Positions 1-8,957 are shown, counted from the first letter of the stretch. The stretch is 32,000 bases of DNA from Candidatus Kuenenia stuttgartensis (GCF_900232105.1 NZ_LT934425.1:2130001-2162000), one strand, 5' to 3'. The notes: generated from the sequence alone by a model not told the origin. Numbers and translations: made by a program.

Positions 1-7
1 TCATGTT

Positions 8-110
8 TCATTTGCAACACCCAGAAACGATGAAAAATGGTTTTATAACCATATCGTGTTGTAGTATCTGTACTTAAACTATTTTTTGTAGTCTTATTTT
101 CGAGCCAGAT
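8..110. repeat. About 103-bp repeat, copy 1 (inverted relative to 26955..27057)
   Basis: 'catttgcaacacccagaaacgatgaaaaatggttttataaccatatcgtgttgtagtatctgtacttaaactattttttgtagtcttattttcgagccagat' matches the reverse complement of 26955..27057 with few differences. Confidence 0.88.
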
Positions 111-167
111 CGGTCATGTTAGTCTTTTTTCAAGCGTAATTTTTTAATCTGAAAGAGTCAAAGCAGG

Positions 168-479
168 TTGAAATGCAAGAATTTACTGGAATATCGTTTA
201 AGAGTAAGATATTTTCACCAGGCAGATATAAGTATGATTGACCACAAGCTAAACAAATTATATGAATCTACTAATCGCCTAATCAAAACAATACTAGTTC
301 GTGCAGGTGCAATACCAGTTTTGGTAGATTCTGGCCCCATTACCTGGAATATGGATGTGGGGAAACTCAAGATTAAGCTTGAGGATGAGATTGATAGAAA
401 AGGGAATAAGAAAATAAAGGTGATTATGGTAGTTCATATCTACGGTCTTCCGGTTATATTGGCCGGATTTAGATGTTGA
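168..479 (+). pseudogene. DegT/DnrJ/EryC1/StrS aminotransferase fragment (partial, decayed)
   Basis: Translation 'VRAGAIPVLVDSGPITWNMDVGKLKIKLEDEIDRKGNKKIKVIMVVHIYGLP' resembles the DegT core 'PVFVDI.P.T.NI....KI..KTKAI..VH.YG.P', as also seen in the 12330..13475 protein. Only about 50 aa of the domain is left. Confidence 0.5.
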
Positions 480-1587
480 TCTGGAAATTGACAACCTTGA
501 AAATCCGTAAAAATATCCTTTAAAATCAAAAGTAGATAAAGGATAAACCTTCTTTGAGGTAAAGATTTTTATAGAAAAAACGGAGGACTTGCATTTATGG
601 AGGTGTTCAATCCACACGACAAATTTTTCAAAGAGACATTTTCCATACGGGAGAATGCAATCGATTTTCTTCGCGGGACGTTTCCCCCGGAAATTTTAAA
701 AAAGCTGGATTTATCCACTTTAACACAGGATAATAACTCATATATCGACGAGGAACTCAAAGAACATTTTTCAGACATTGTATACACCTGTTTCTGTAAA
801 GACAAAGAACTCCGGATAACCCTTTTATTCGAGCATAAGAGTTATGCCGTAGCATGTCCATATCTACAGTTGATGAAATACCTTTTAAAGATATGGGAAT
901 CGAACAGCAAACAGGCGCAAAGGCTCATACCGGTAATTCCGGTGATATTGTATCATGGCAAAGAGACGTGGAACGTCAGGCGATTCAGAGACTATTTTGA
1001 AGGGATAGACGAGGTATTCTTTAGATTTATACCGGAGTTTGAATATCTGCTGACTGATCTGAGTTTCTACAGTAACGAGGAAATAAAGGACAAGGTATTT
1101 AGAAGGGCATCCCTTCAAATAACCATGTTATTAATGAGGAACATATATAATGACAAAATTCTGGGAGATAAGCTAAAGGTATTCTTTGAAATAGGGAAGC
1201 AGTATTTTGAAGAGGGTGAAGGATTAAAGTTTCTGGAAAGTGTAATCAGGTATTTGTACTATGCGTCGGATATATCGGAAGAACGGGTAATAGATACCCT
1301 GAAAGAGGTATCAGAGGAAGGAGGTAAATTGAGTATGACAATAGCGGCTCGATTAATAGAGAAAGGCAAGTTGGCTGGTATAGAGGAAGGCAGAAAGGAA
1401 GGCAAAGAGGAAGGCAGGATAGAAGGCAGAGCGGAAGGTGCGATAGAGGGCGAGAGGAAGGGAAGGTTAAAAGGTAGGATAGAGGGCATAATGGAGGGCT
1501 GGAAAGATGGCGAGTGGAAGGGTGAAAGGAAAGGTCGGATAAAAGGTCTAAGGCACTGTCCAAAAATAATTTGGTATTTTTATTAAT

Positions 1588-2526
1588 TTAGTTAAGTGAA
1601 ATTGTATAATTCCAATCTGGCAAGACACTGTGTTTGTTTATGTTTATTTCTTTCATTTGGTCATCAGTGATTTTGATTCCTTTTTGGTATTCTTTCTCGT
1701 TAAGAATGGCTTGTACGAGAAGACCCGCTCTTGTTGTAGTGCCAGCAATTAAACTTAGCATAACATCATAAGACCTCAAAGGATTCCCTTCCCAATTTTT
1801 ACTGATAAAACTAAACAGACGATGTTCTACCGGATTCCATTTTGATGCTCCTGAGGGATAGTGGCAAATCCTGATGGAGAGTCCGTAAACTTTACAAATA
1901 TTTTGATAAAGCGCATATTTCCACAACCGGGGACGAAATCCGTTGCTCCCTCCTGCGTCACAAAGAATAAGGAGTTCTTTTGCGCATGGATACCTCTTCC
2001 AACCAAATTCATCCAGCCAAATCTTAATTGACTCGACTGCAAATTCCGGTGTGTCATAGGACGTACCAACAATAACTGTCCCTAGATTAGTCAGCAATTC
2101 ATAGATACCAAACGGACATCCAACACCAATTGCCTGTGAACGAAAATCATGGGCCAAAACTTCATTTACTATTTTTGTCCACGCCTTGCCCTCATTTCTG
2201 AAATTACCTATCAATTCCTTTTTCTTACTGTCAACACTGATTATTGGCTGACCAGAATCTTCAAAATACTTTTTTGTCTCATTAATAATTTCAAACTGTC
2301 TATTACGGTTCGGATGGCGTGTCTCTGCTATCGTTTTGCGATTTACTCTCAGAGAATAATCCATGTCCTTAAGAAGCTTACTAACTGTTGTTGCACATAC
2401 GCTTACACCTCTATCACCGCATTCTTTTTTTAGAGTACGTGTGCTTCTTCTCGTCCATATTTTTCCTTTACCCATTGGGTCTCCTGCAGTATCGCCCTCC
2501 ATCAATTCTTCAAGAAGTTTTACCAC
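1588..2526 (-). CDS. ISAzo13-like transposase, C-terminal DDE part (downstream frame)
   Basis: Family-typical motifs GDPMGKGKIWTRRSTRTL, NRKTIAETRHPNRNRQFEIIN, GQPIISVDSKKKELIGNFRNEG, FAVESIKIWL, LLILCDAGGSNGFRPRLWK, CHYPSGASKWNPVEHRLFSFI, LPDWNYTI. Confidence 0.92.
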   Translation of the reverse strand: MVKLLEELMEGDTAGDPMGKGKIWTRRSTRTLKKECGDRGVSVCATTVSKLLKDMDYSLRVNRKTIAETRHPNRNRQFEIINETKKYFEDSGQPIISVDSKKKELIGNFRNEGKAWTKIVNEVLAHDFRSQAIGVGCPFGIYELLTNLGTVIVGTSYDTPEFAVESIKIWLDEFGWKRYPCAKELLILCDAGGSNGFRPRLWKYALYQNICKVYGLSIRICHYPSGASKWNPVEHRLFSFISKNWEGNPLRSYDVMLSLIAGTTTRAGLLVQAILNEKEYQKGIKITDDQMKEININKHSVLPDWNYTISLN

Positions 2527-3281
2527 ATCAGTTTTTTTTTAATCGAAGAACGACCTGCACCAACCTTACGTATCCGTCCCGGTGTAATGTTCTTACTCGA
2601 AAGTTCCCGACGCCCCTTGGCAATTGTTTTTACATTTATGCCGGTTAGCAGTGAAAGTCTTAAATCGCCGCCATATCCCAGTTTCATTGATTCTAAACCA
2701 AGATAAAGCCGTTTCTGCCTTTCATCAAGTATAGAAAGAAATGTCTGCAGGCAATCCGTAACCGCCTCACTCCCAAAGCCGGGAATTAATACATTTTCTT
2801 CCTTACAAGCACACAACATGATTGATTGTTTACGTCTGGCGAGTTGATCCGCGCCTAACACCTTGGAGATATACAAATATTCTCCGGCAATCTGCTCACG
2901 CAAGACTCTTCCAGATACCACTAATTGAGTCAGTGCATTAAAGACTCGCACATGTACCAGCGTTTGAAGCTCCGAGGCAAAACAACCTTCCAGAGATTTA
3001 TTAATGATGGCCTCGAGAGTATATACAAGACTTCCTTGTTGAGAAAAATATATTTGATTGAAACTCCAAATGCCATATTTATTATAGCTTGCAAGTTTAT
3101 CCAGTGTATGGTATTTGCCTGCATGGGAATAACTCGCACGATGTCCGAGCGATTTTAGCTTCCTGAAAACCGTTGCTTTTGAAGTCGTTCCCAAAGCTTC
3201 TTTGATACTGTCCAGAGTTAAAACGACATCTCTGTGGAATAGTCCCAAAAGCTTGTGATGAGAATACTTAGCTAAACGCAT
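2520..3281 (-). CDS. ISAzo13-like transposase, N-terminal part with extra helix-turn-helix-like extension (upstream frame)
   Basis: Ends with ISAzo13-like N-terminal sequence 'LSILDERQKRLYLGLESMKLGYGGDLRLSLLTGINVKTIAKGRRELSSKNITPGRIRKVGAGRSSIKKK'. This is preceded by about 160 aa with a winged-helix look. ATG at 3281 is preferred over 3359 because the longer start reads through an inverted repeat. Confidence 0.72.
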   Translation of the reverse strand: MRLAKYSHHKLLGLFHRDVVLTLDSIKEALGTTSKATVFRKLKSLGHRASYSHAGKYHTLDKLASYNKYGIWSFNQIYFSQQGSLVYTLEAIINKSLEGCFASELQTLVHVRVFNALTQLVVSGRVLREQIAGEYLYISKVLGADQLARRKQSIMLCACKEENVLIPGFGSEAVTDCLQTFLSILDERQKRLYLGLESMKLGYGGDLRLSLLTGINVKTIAKGRRELSSKNITPGRIRKVGAGRSSIKKKLMW

Positions 3282-3893
3282 AATGACACTATTAGGATTA
3301 ATGCGCCGGATAAAATACCGCTTAATCCTAATGCTATCACAATGGCCGGAGGGTGTCAATGCCTATATTTACCAGTTGTAACGGCTATTACCGTGACATA
3401 CACAAAGACACTACAACGATACTATTGGCACTATACAATACCATGTTATTTGTGGTCGCTCCCTAAAGGAAGCAATAGAGATTGGTTTGGAGCTAAAGTA
3501 TGGCGTTGAAGGTTTAAAGCTTCTGGAACGTATCGGAAAAATAGTGGTGATAGAGAAGCTGGTGGCAATAAAAGAAGCGGTGAAAATAGCAAAGAATGTG
3601 GAAGAAATTGAAAAACTGCTCTAACAAGAAAAACCCATATTTTATCCAGGAAATAGGGAAAGGACTAAATTCATCGAGAACTATACTCACAAAAGTCCTG
3701 AGGAATTTAATTGTCCGGGCTTCTATTTTTTTAACATCATGTATATTTTTTATACACTTTTTTCCTAACACTTTCTGCTTATGAAAAAATTTTCCTCTTT
3801 ATCGTAGAAAAATTTTAATTAATTTACAGTATTACCCTATAAAAACCTCTTTTTTTGTAACACTTTAGTCATTTGAAACTGGAAATTGTCCTC

Positions 3894-3922
3894 TGTAGTG
3901 CGACGAGGTTCGTCGCACTACA
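3894..3922. repeat. Perfect hairpin TGTAGTGCGACGA-GGT-TCGTCGCACTACA
   Basis: 13-bp perfect stem with a 3-nt loop, read directly. Confidence 0.9.
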
Positions 3923-3971
3923 TGAATTTAGTGGGCTTAGATATTTCAAGTGAGGAACGAACAGCAACCGT

Positions 3972-4116
3972 GGGAGCATTCCCGTTTTTTTGTAACCGTT
4001 AATGATGGGGTCAGGACGAAACAACCCTGACAGGGTTTCAAACCCTGTCAGGGTTAACACTACTGCAACGTTTCATTAAAACATAGCGGAAGTTACAAAA
4101 AATCAGGAATGCACCC
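3972..4116. repeat. Inverted-repeat-bounded noncoding element containing a 33-bp palindrome
   Basis: Left arm gggagcattcccgtttttttgtaac, right arm gttacaaaaaatcaggaatgcaccc. The centre is AACCCTGACAGGGTTT-C-AAACCCTGTCAGGGTT at 4023..4055. Confidence 0.75.
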
Positions 4117-4215
4117 ACAACCGTTTATAGCAAATGCTCCGCTCCTACACTTTACGGCAAGTAGCGCTATTATTGGAATTTTTCAAAAGACTAAAGTGTT
4201 ACAAAAGTTTTTGTA

Positions 4216-4236
4216 GAGACGCATTGCATGCGTCTC
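4216..4236. repeat. Hairpin GAGACGCA-TTGCA-TGCGTCTC
   Basis: 8-bp perfect stem, read directly. Confidence 0.8.
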
Positions 4237-4452
4237 CCCTTTTTGTTTATTCAGTTAAAAGTCGCCGAAGGTCTAATTTATTATCTTTTTATCACTTATC
4301 ACTTAACGCCTTCTGCCACCCCTATCCATCACCTCTTCCCTCCCCTCACGGATTCAACATTCTTTGCTTCATATCGCCGCAACCATTTTGCCAAAGATAT
4401 TGGTATTAAAGTTGCTAACCTAATCTTACGTTAAAAATTTCAACGTTTTAGT

Positions 4453-4481
4453 TGTAGAGCGAAGAGACTCTTCGCTCTACA
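4453..4481. repeat. Hairpin TGTAGAGCGAAGAG-A-CTCTTCGCTCTACA
   Basis: 14-bp perfect stem around one central base, with arms similar to those at 3894..3922. Confidence 0.9.
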
Positions 4482-4685
4482 TTGGAAGATTGTCCATGGT
4501 TTATGTTTAAAAAATTCAATCATGGTTTACCCTTAGAAAAATGAGGTGCTGGGTGTGGGTAAAAATAAAAGTAGTTGGGTTTTTGTCTTTTAAAACCCTC
4601 CCTATTTTACTGGAGATCAATCTTATTATTGCCACTGGCACACATTGCCTGTTATTTTGAAATTGCACTACCAAGAGTGATAAAT

Positions 4686-5291
4686 ATGATTAAACTAATT
4701 GGATCTATACTTGCTTCAGGGATTCAGAACCTATTCAAGCAACAGCCTGATGTCTTAAAAAAAACTACTCGCACGGGAATGACTGAATGGAACTTCGGAC
4801 GTCATCTTGCCAGCGAAATAGCAAAATATATCTTCTGGCTTAACCACGATATGGATATTACGAAACGCCACCACAAGAATCGCCGCCCTGACATCATTTT
4901 TCATAAACGAGGTAGCAATGCTTTGAACTATCTGGTAATAGAAATAAAATGCACTGACAACGTTTGTAACGATATTAAAAAAATTAAGATGGATTGGATG
5001 GGCGATGATCTGCATTATCGTTTTGGGTCCAGTATTATTGCTAATTCCAATGGGGATTTCAAGGTAACTGTTTTTTATAAAAATTCATACGAGGTGTTTT
5101 CACAATCGGCACAGACCATAGAATTACCAAAAATCTCTGAATCAGAAAAACAACACTTCATTTCCCTTGTTAATCAAATATCTTACGCAGGTCAAAACGA
5201 CCATAATGCCAACATGTCGGCGGTAGAAAGGCAGATTGATCAGAAGGTTTGCAAACTTTACGGATTAACTGAAAGGGAAGTTTTTATTTGA
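4686..5291 (+). CDS. PD-(D/E)XK nuclease-like hypothetical protein
   Basis: Contains 'RRPDIIFHKRGSNALNYLVIEIKC' (PD...ExK pattern). The tail 'VERQIDQKVCKLYGLTEREV' resembles C-termini of restriction-associated proteins. The ORF extends to 4575; the internal ATG at 4686 was chosen as more plausible. Confidence 0.6.
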   Translation: MIKLIGSILASGIQNLFKQQPDVLKKTTRTGMTEWNFGRHLASEIAKYIFWLNHDMDITKRHHKNRRPDIIFHKRGSNALNYLVIEIKCTDNVCNDIKKIKMDWMGDDLHYRFGSSIIANSNGDFKVTVFYKNSYEVFSQSAQTIELPKISESEKQHFISLVNQISYAGQNDHNANMSAVERQIDQKVCKLYGLTEREVFI

Positions 5292-5357
5292 TGGGTGCGC
5301 AGTTGTTTCATCCATCCTTATTTCGTAATAATAATGTTAAAATAACGGAGACACACG

Positions 5358-5972
5358 ATGGTTTCAGAGGTATTTAGCATAGCGGGAGCGATGATAGGGT
5401 CTGTTGGTGGGGCTGCATTTATAATAGTTGCTCTCAGCACGTGGCTTGGCAAAGTATGGGCCAACCGCATACTTGAGCAGGACAGGCTTAAGTATGCATC
5501 TGGACTGGAGCAAATAAAGAATAAACTTAACTCCGAGAGGGAAAGAAGCCAGTTCGTATTTTCTTTGTATTTTGAGGGGCAGTTCAAAATCTATAACGAT
5601 CTTTGGGCAGCGCTAGTGGAGCTTCAGTATGGGGTAGAACGGCTATGGAAGGAAGCCTCTCGACAGAACCTGCAAAAGTTTATCAAAGCTCTGCAGGAAG
5701 CGACGCCTCAGATCAAGAAGAGTGCGCTCCTCATAGAACCAGAGCATTACAATGAGATTATGAATGCCCTTAGAACCTTCGAGGGATACCGGGTTGGGAA
5801 AGAGCGCCTGGTGTTTGTCAGGCGCTCCGAGAATCTGGATCGAGGGCAGATACAAGAGGTTATTGATAATAACCGAGGCAACCGGGATATAATCAACAGT
5901 TTTACGGACTCCATGTTGCAAAAGATGAGGGAGCGGTTGTGCAAAGCGGGAGTAGTGTTGCCTGGAAACTAA
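5358..5972 (+). CDS. Hypothetical protein with N-terminal transmembrane segment and coiled-coil-like body
   Basis: Open frame of 204 aa with hydrophobic 'IAGAMIGSVGGAAFIIVAL' followed by a charged helical region. Confidence 0.6.
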   Translation: MVSEVFSIAGAMIGSVGGAAFIIVALSTWLGKVWANRILEQDRLKYASGLEQIKNKLNSERERSQFVFSLYFEGQFKIYNDLWAALVELQYGVERLWKEASRQNLQKFIKALQEATPQIKKSALLIEPEHYNEIMNALRTFEGYRVGKERLVFVRRSENLDRGQIQEVIDNNRGNRDIINSFTDSMLQKMRERLCKAGVVLPGN

Positions 5973-6129
5973 CAACAGCTTGAATCAGACAGGCTTTTTA
6001 CGCTGATGCTCCAAAACAGGAAGGTTAAGCTGCACGTTATACCTAAACGGGAAATTTGGTTTTTTAAAAATCAAAAGATAATTGTGATAGATAGAATGTC
6101 GTCCGTATATTTATTAGCTTGAAAACATA

Positions 6130-7473
6130 ATGACTAAGCAAAAATTCTATATAAGATACAAAAAGCTTCGCAAGGTCAAAAATACCAAGATTGCAAAAAT
6201 TGGCAGAGGGCAGGATTTTGAGATGCTTATTAATGATGTATTTGAAGAAGAAGATATTCTATTAAAAAGAAGCTACCATACTAGTGATAATAAATCAGAG
6301 CAGATTGATGGTGCTATAGAAATTCTAAATCGTGTCATATTATTTGAAGTCAAATGGGTTGCGGAAAATTTAGCAGCATCAGAATTATATTCATTTCTTG
6401 GGAAAATTGACAATAAACTGTATGGAACATTGGGATTGTTTATTTCAGAAAAAGAGCTATCAGATAATTTTTTGTCTGCAATCGCAAGAGGTCGCAGAAG
6501 AAACGTTTTTATCATCCATGGAAGTGACATTAATTTAATTTTCAAGAAGGATGTATCTCTAAAGGACTACCTAACCCATTGTATAAAATTATATTCTTAT
6601 GACAATTTAACCTATTATTCAGTTGCAAGATGGCTCAAAGAAAATGAAAATTTGTCAAACGCTGAAAAAACAGCCCGCGAAATAGAGAAAATAGATAAGC
6701 AGGTAGTAAAAGATACACTCAAAAAAATTCTTGACGTCAATTTAATGCCAAAACATGATATTTATTTAGTTATTGCTGATCTTGGTGAAGCAGAGAAGAT
6801 CAAAGTTGTTAATTATTTATTGAGAGAATATCCAACATATTACAATGCTTACGCAAAATCAGTTTTCGCAAAAAGAGGTAAGTTTGAAAATATAGAAAAC
6901 TCATTGGAAATTTTGCTAGATTCAGGAGAAATTACAAAAAAAATATATTTAAAATACTACCGTCTTTATATAGGAAATCCTGTTAGTTCATATCTCAGAG
7001 ATTTCATGTGGGAAAAATTCAAAGATTACTATAAAAAGTTAAAGAGTGTTAATAAATTAGAATTTGAAAAGGCATTATTAAAGAATTTCGAATCTATATA
7101 TGGATCTTGGTTAGATGAAAATAAATTAACAAATGTAATTGAATATATTTGGTCATCGATGAGTGAAAATACAAAAGCTGAGTTTATCAATTATTACATT
7201 GAAATATATTTTAGTAATCGCAAAGACCATTACGAACAAAAGCAATTTGCTTCCAAAATTGTAACAAACTCTCAAAATAGGAAATATGTAAAAAATTGGA
7301 TTGAAAAGAAAATTAATGAAGAAATAAAATCCAGTAAACTTACTCAAGACGATGTTGAATCTGAAGTCAAATATTTTAATAGATATTATTCTAAGGCACA
7401 GACAATCCTTTCATTCAATGACAGTGATTGGAGGGCTTATTTAACTAAAAAATATAAGGAAAATATAAAATAA
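6130..7473 (+). CDS. Restriction endonuclease-like protein (PD-(D/E)XK N-terminal domain, 447 aa)
   Basis: 'GQDFEMLINDVFEEEDILLKRSYHTSDNKSEQIDGAIEILNRVILFEVKW' matches an E...D...ExK layout. A long helical C-terminus follows. Confidence 0.7.
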   Translation: MTKQKFYIRYKKLRKVKNTKIAKIGRGQDFEMLINDVFEEEDILLKRSYHTSDNKSEQIDGAIEILNRVILFEVKWVAENLAASELYSFLGKIDNKLYGTLGLFISEKELSDNFLSAIARGRRRNVFIIHGSDINLIFKKDVSLKDYLTHCIKLYSYDNLTYYSVARWLKENENLSNAEKTAREIEKIDKQVVKDTLKKILDVNLMPKHDIYLVIADLGEAEKIKVVNYLLREYPTYYNAYAKSVFAKRGKFENIENSLEILLDSGEITKKIYLKYYRLYIGNPVSSYLRDFMWEKFKDYYKKLKSVNKLEFEKALLKNFESIYGSWLDENKLTNVIEYIWSSMSENTKAEFINYYIEIYFSNRKDHYEQKQFASKIVTNSQNRKYVKNWIEKKINEEIKSSKLTQDDVESEVKYFNRYYSKAQTILSFNDSDWRAYLTKKYKENIK

Positions 7474-7663
7474 GCTAACAATTGCATGCTCCAGATGGCA
7501 AGAACATCTACGGCTCTGACGGGCAATTTGCTGGCGGCTTCTGTGAGTATCACATTATTCCCCACATGAATAATACGAAAATAACTGTTACCACCATAGG
7601 CCATATGCCAGCAGAGTTTGATAAGCGAAAAATTACAAACTGGAAGCAGATATATTTTTTGTA

Positions 7664-7882
7664 GTGGGTGGAATGGAGAGTTACTCTCTTGCAAAAGACT
7701 CAGACGAACATGGCTGGGCATGTAGCGAAGCCAGTTTAGATGAACTTTTACCAGAAGAATTCAGAGGAATTTTTTTTATTGCTTTCGAAAGTAGCATATT
7801 GTTGTATGAAACTGAATATCTATTATCAGATTTAATTGGGAAAAAAACATATATATACTTTGCAATACACAAATATGACTAA
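7664..7882 (+). CDS. Small hypothetical protein
   Basis: 72-aa open frame overlapping the start of the next gene. No family recognised. Confidence 0.3.
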   Translation: MGGMESYSLAKDSDEHGWACSEASLDELLPEEFRGIFFIAFESSILLYETEYLLSDLIGKKTYIYFAIHKYD

Positions 7883-8375
7883 AGATTTTGCCAAACCGTC
7901 AAAAACTATAAAAAAGTGGGAATCGTACGAAGAGGTAGCTACCTACTTCCTCAATGAGCTAGCAAGCAAATTTGGCCTGAGTCATGTAGAAGGAAAACAG
8001 AAGATTCAAGGTCAGCGATCCGGAACCGAATGGGAAATAGACGCCAAAGGCATTCGGCAAGGAAATAAAGGTTTTGTAATAATTGAATGCCGTCATTGGA
8101 ATTCGAAGCAGCCACAAGAGAAACTCGGCAGTTTGGCATACAGTATATTTGATACAGGTGCGGAGGGTGGAATCCTGGTAAGCCTTATGGGAATGCAAGA
8201 AGGTGCTAAAAAGATTGCGTGTGCAGAAAATATTATACCTGTCCAGATGGCTTGTGATAACACGCCTTTCAACTTCATTTTGCAATTTCTAAACAGCGTC
8301 ATGGTTGGAGCACGTGAAACTATATCGGTGGCAGAAAGCATCGTTGTCGTTAAAAAGAGCAGTGATAATACATGA
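7875..8375 (+). CDS. Restriction endonuclease-like (PD-(D/E)XK) protein
   Basis: 'GTEWEIDAKGIRQGNKGFVIIECRHWNSKQPQEKLGSLAYSIFDTGAEGGILVS' fits a D...ExR/K restriction-like core. The ORF extends to 7836; ATG at 7875 is preferred. Confidence 0.65.
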   Translation: MTKDFAKPSKTIKKWESYEEVATYFLNELASKFGLSHVEGKQKIQGQRSGTEWEIDAKGIRQGNKGFVIIECRHWNSKQPQEKLGSLAYSIFDTGAEGGILVSLMGMQEGAKKIACAENIIPVQMACDNTPFNFILQFLNSVMVGARETISVAESIVVVKKSSDNT

Positions 8376-8957
8376 ATCCGTTCACTTTAGGAGTTTTTGA
8401 CCTGGCAAAAAATGAGTTAGCGGATAAGCCTAAGTGATTTTTGCTAAATGGGGAAAGCAAATTGCTAATTTTCAGGTACGAGTTATTCAAACTCTGCATC
8501 AAACAATATTTGGTCAAACCTTTTATTATTCAATATCCCTATACAAAAAGACTACTGTTATAATTGAATTATGAAGATTTTATCCCCCTTGATTAATACT
8601 CAAAAATAGAAATATAGTAGATGAAAAACAATACCGTACTAATAACAGGTGCTGATGGTTTTATAGGTTCGCATCTAACGGAGGCTTTGGTAAAAGAAGG
8701 TGCAAACATAAAGGCATTGAGTTATTATAATTCGTTTAACAATTGGGGATGGCTTGAAAGTATAGATTGCCAAAAGGATATAGAGATTCTTACGGGAGAT
8801 GTAAGAGACCATAATTTCTGTAATCGTATTACGAAAAATGTCAATATAGTATTCCATTTAGCAGCATTAGTAGCAATACCCTATTCATACATCGCTCCAG
8901 ATAGCTATGTTGACACAAACATTAAAGGAACGCTTAATATTTGCAAGGCAGCGCTAG

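Larger units (their letters stand above)
1552..3463 (-). mobile_element. ISAzo13-like insertion sequence, about 1.9 kb
   Basis: Ends GGCACTGTCCAAAAATAA and rc GGGAGCGACCACAAATAA form imperfect terminal inverted repeats. TAA (or CTAA) is duplicated at 1549-1551 and 3464-3466. It encodes an ISAzo13-type DDE transposase in two frames. Confidence 0.87.
597..3624 (+). pseudogene. Rpn family (PD-(D/E)XK, Transposase_31-like) gene interrupted by the IS at 1552..3463
   Basis: 597..1551 encodes the N-terminal part, near-identical to the intact paralog at 25844..26872. The missing C-terminus 'KEAIEIGLELKYGVEGLKLLERIGKIVVIEKLVAIKEAVKIAKNVEEIEKLL*' resumes at 3464..3624 in the frame restored by removing the IS and one TAA copy. 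Confidence 0.88.

Noticed and set aside
597-1551. Rpn-family genes as the transposase of their own complete IS
   Set aside because: Despite the Transposase_31 label, no terminal inverted repeats or TSD tied to the gene could be seen. The nearby inverted repeats belong to other elements or lie far away.
885-1563. Minus-strand ORFs with repetitive Leu/Pro/Ser content (1246..1563, 1259..1489)
   Set aside because: Antisense shadow of the charged EGRK repeat of the Rpn gene.
1827-3158. Alternative-frame and opposite-strand ORFs at 1827..2072, 2149..2433, 2388..2648, 2925..3158 and 2930..3139
   Set aside because: They lie inside the IS transposase coding region in other frames and have no recognisable motifs.
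3689-3840. AT-rich stretch with poly-T as possible promoter or terminator
   Set aside because: Too generic; there is no clear stem-loop plus T-tract or -35/-10 pair tied to a gene.
7482-7664. Short ORF 'MHAPDGKNIYGSDGQFAGGFCEYHIIPHMNN...'
   Set aside because: It could be a relic, but no family or partner fragment was recognised and start signals are weak. Not supported as a gene.
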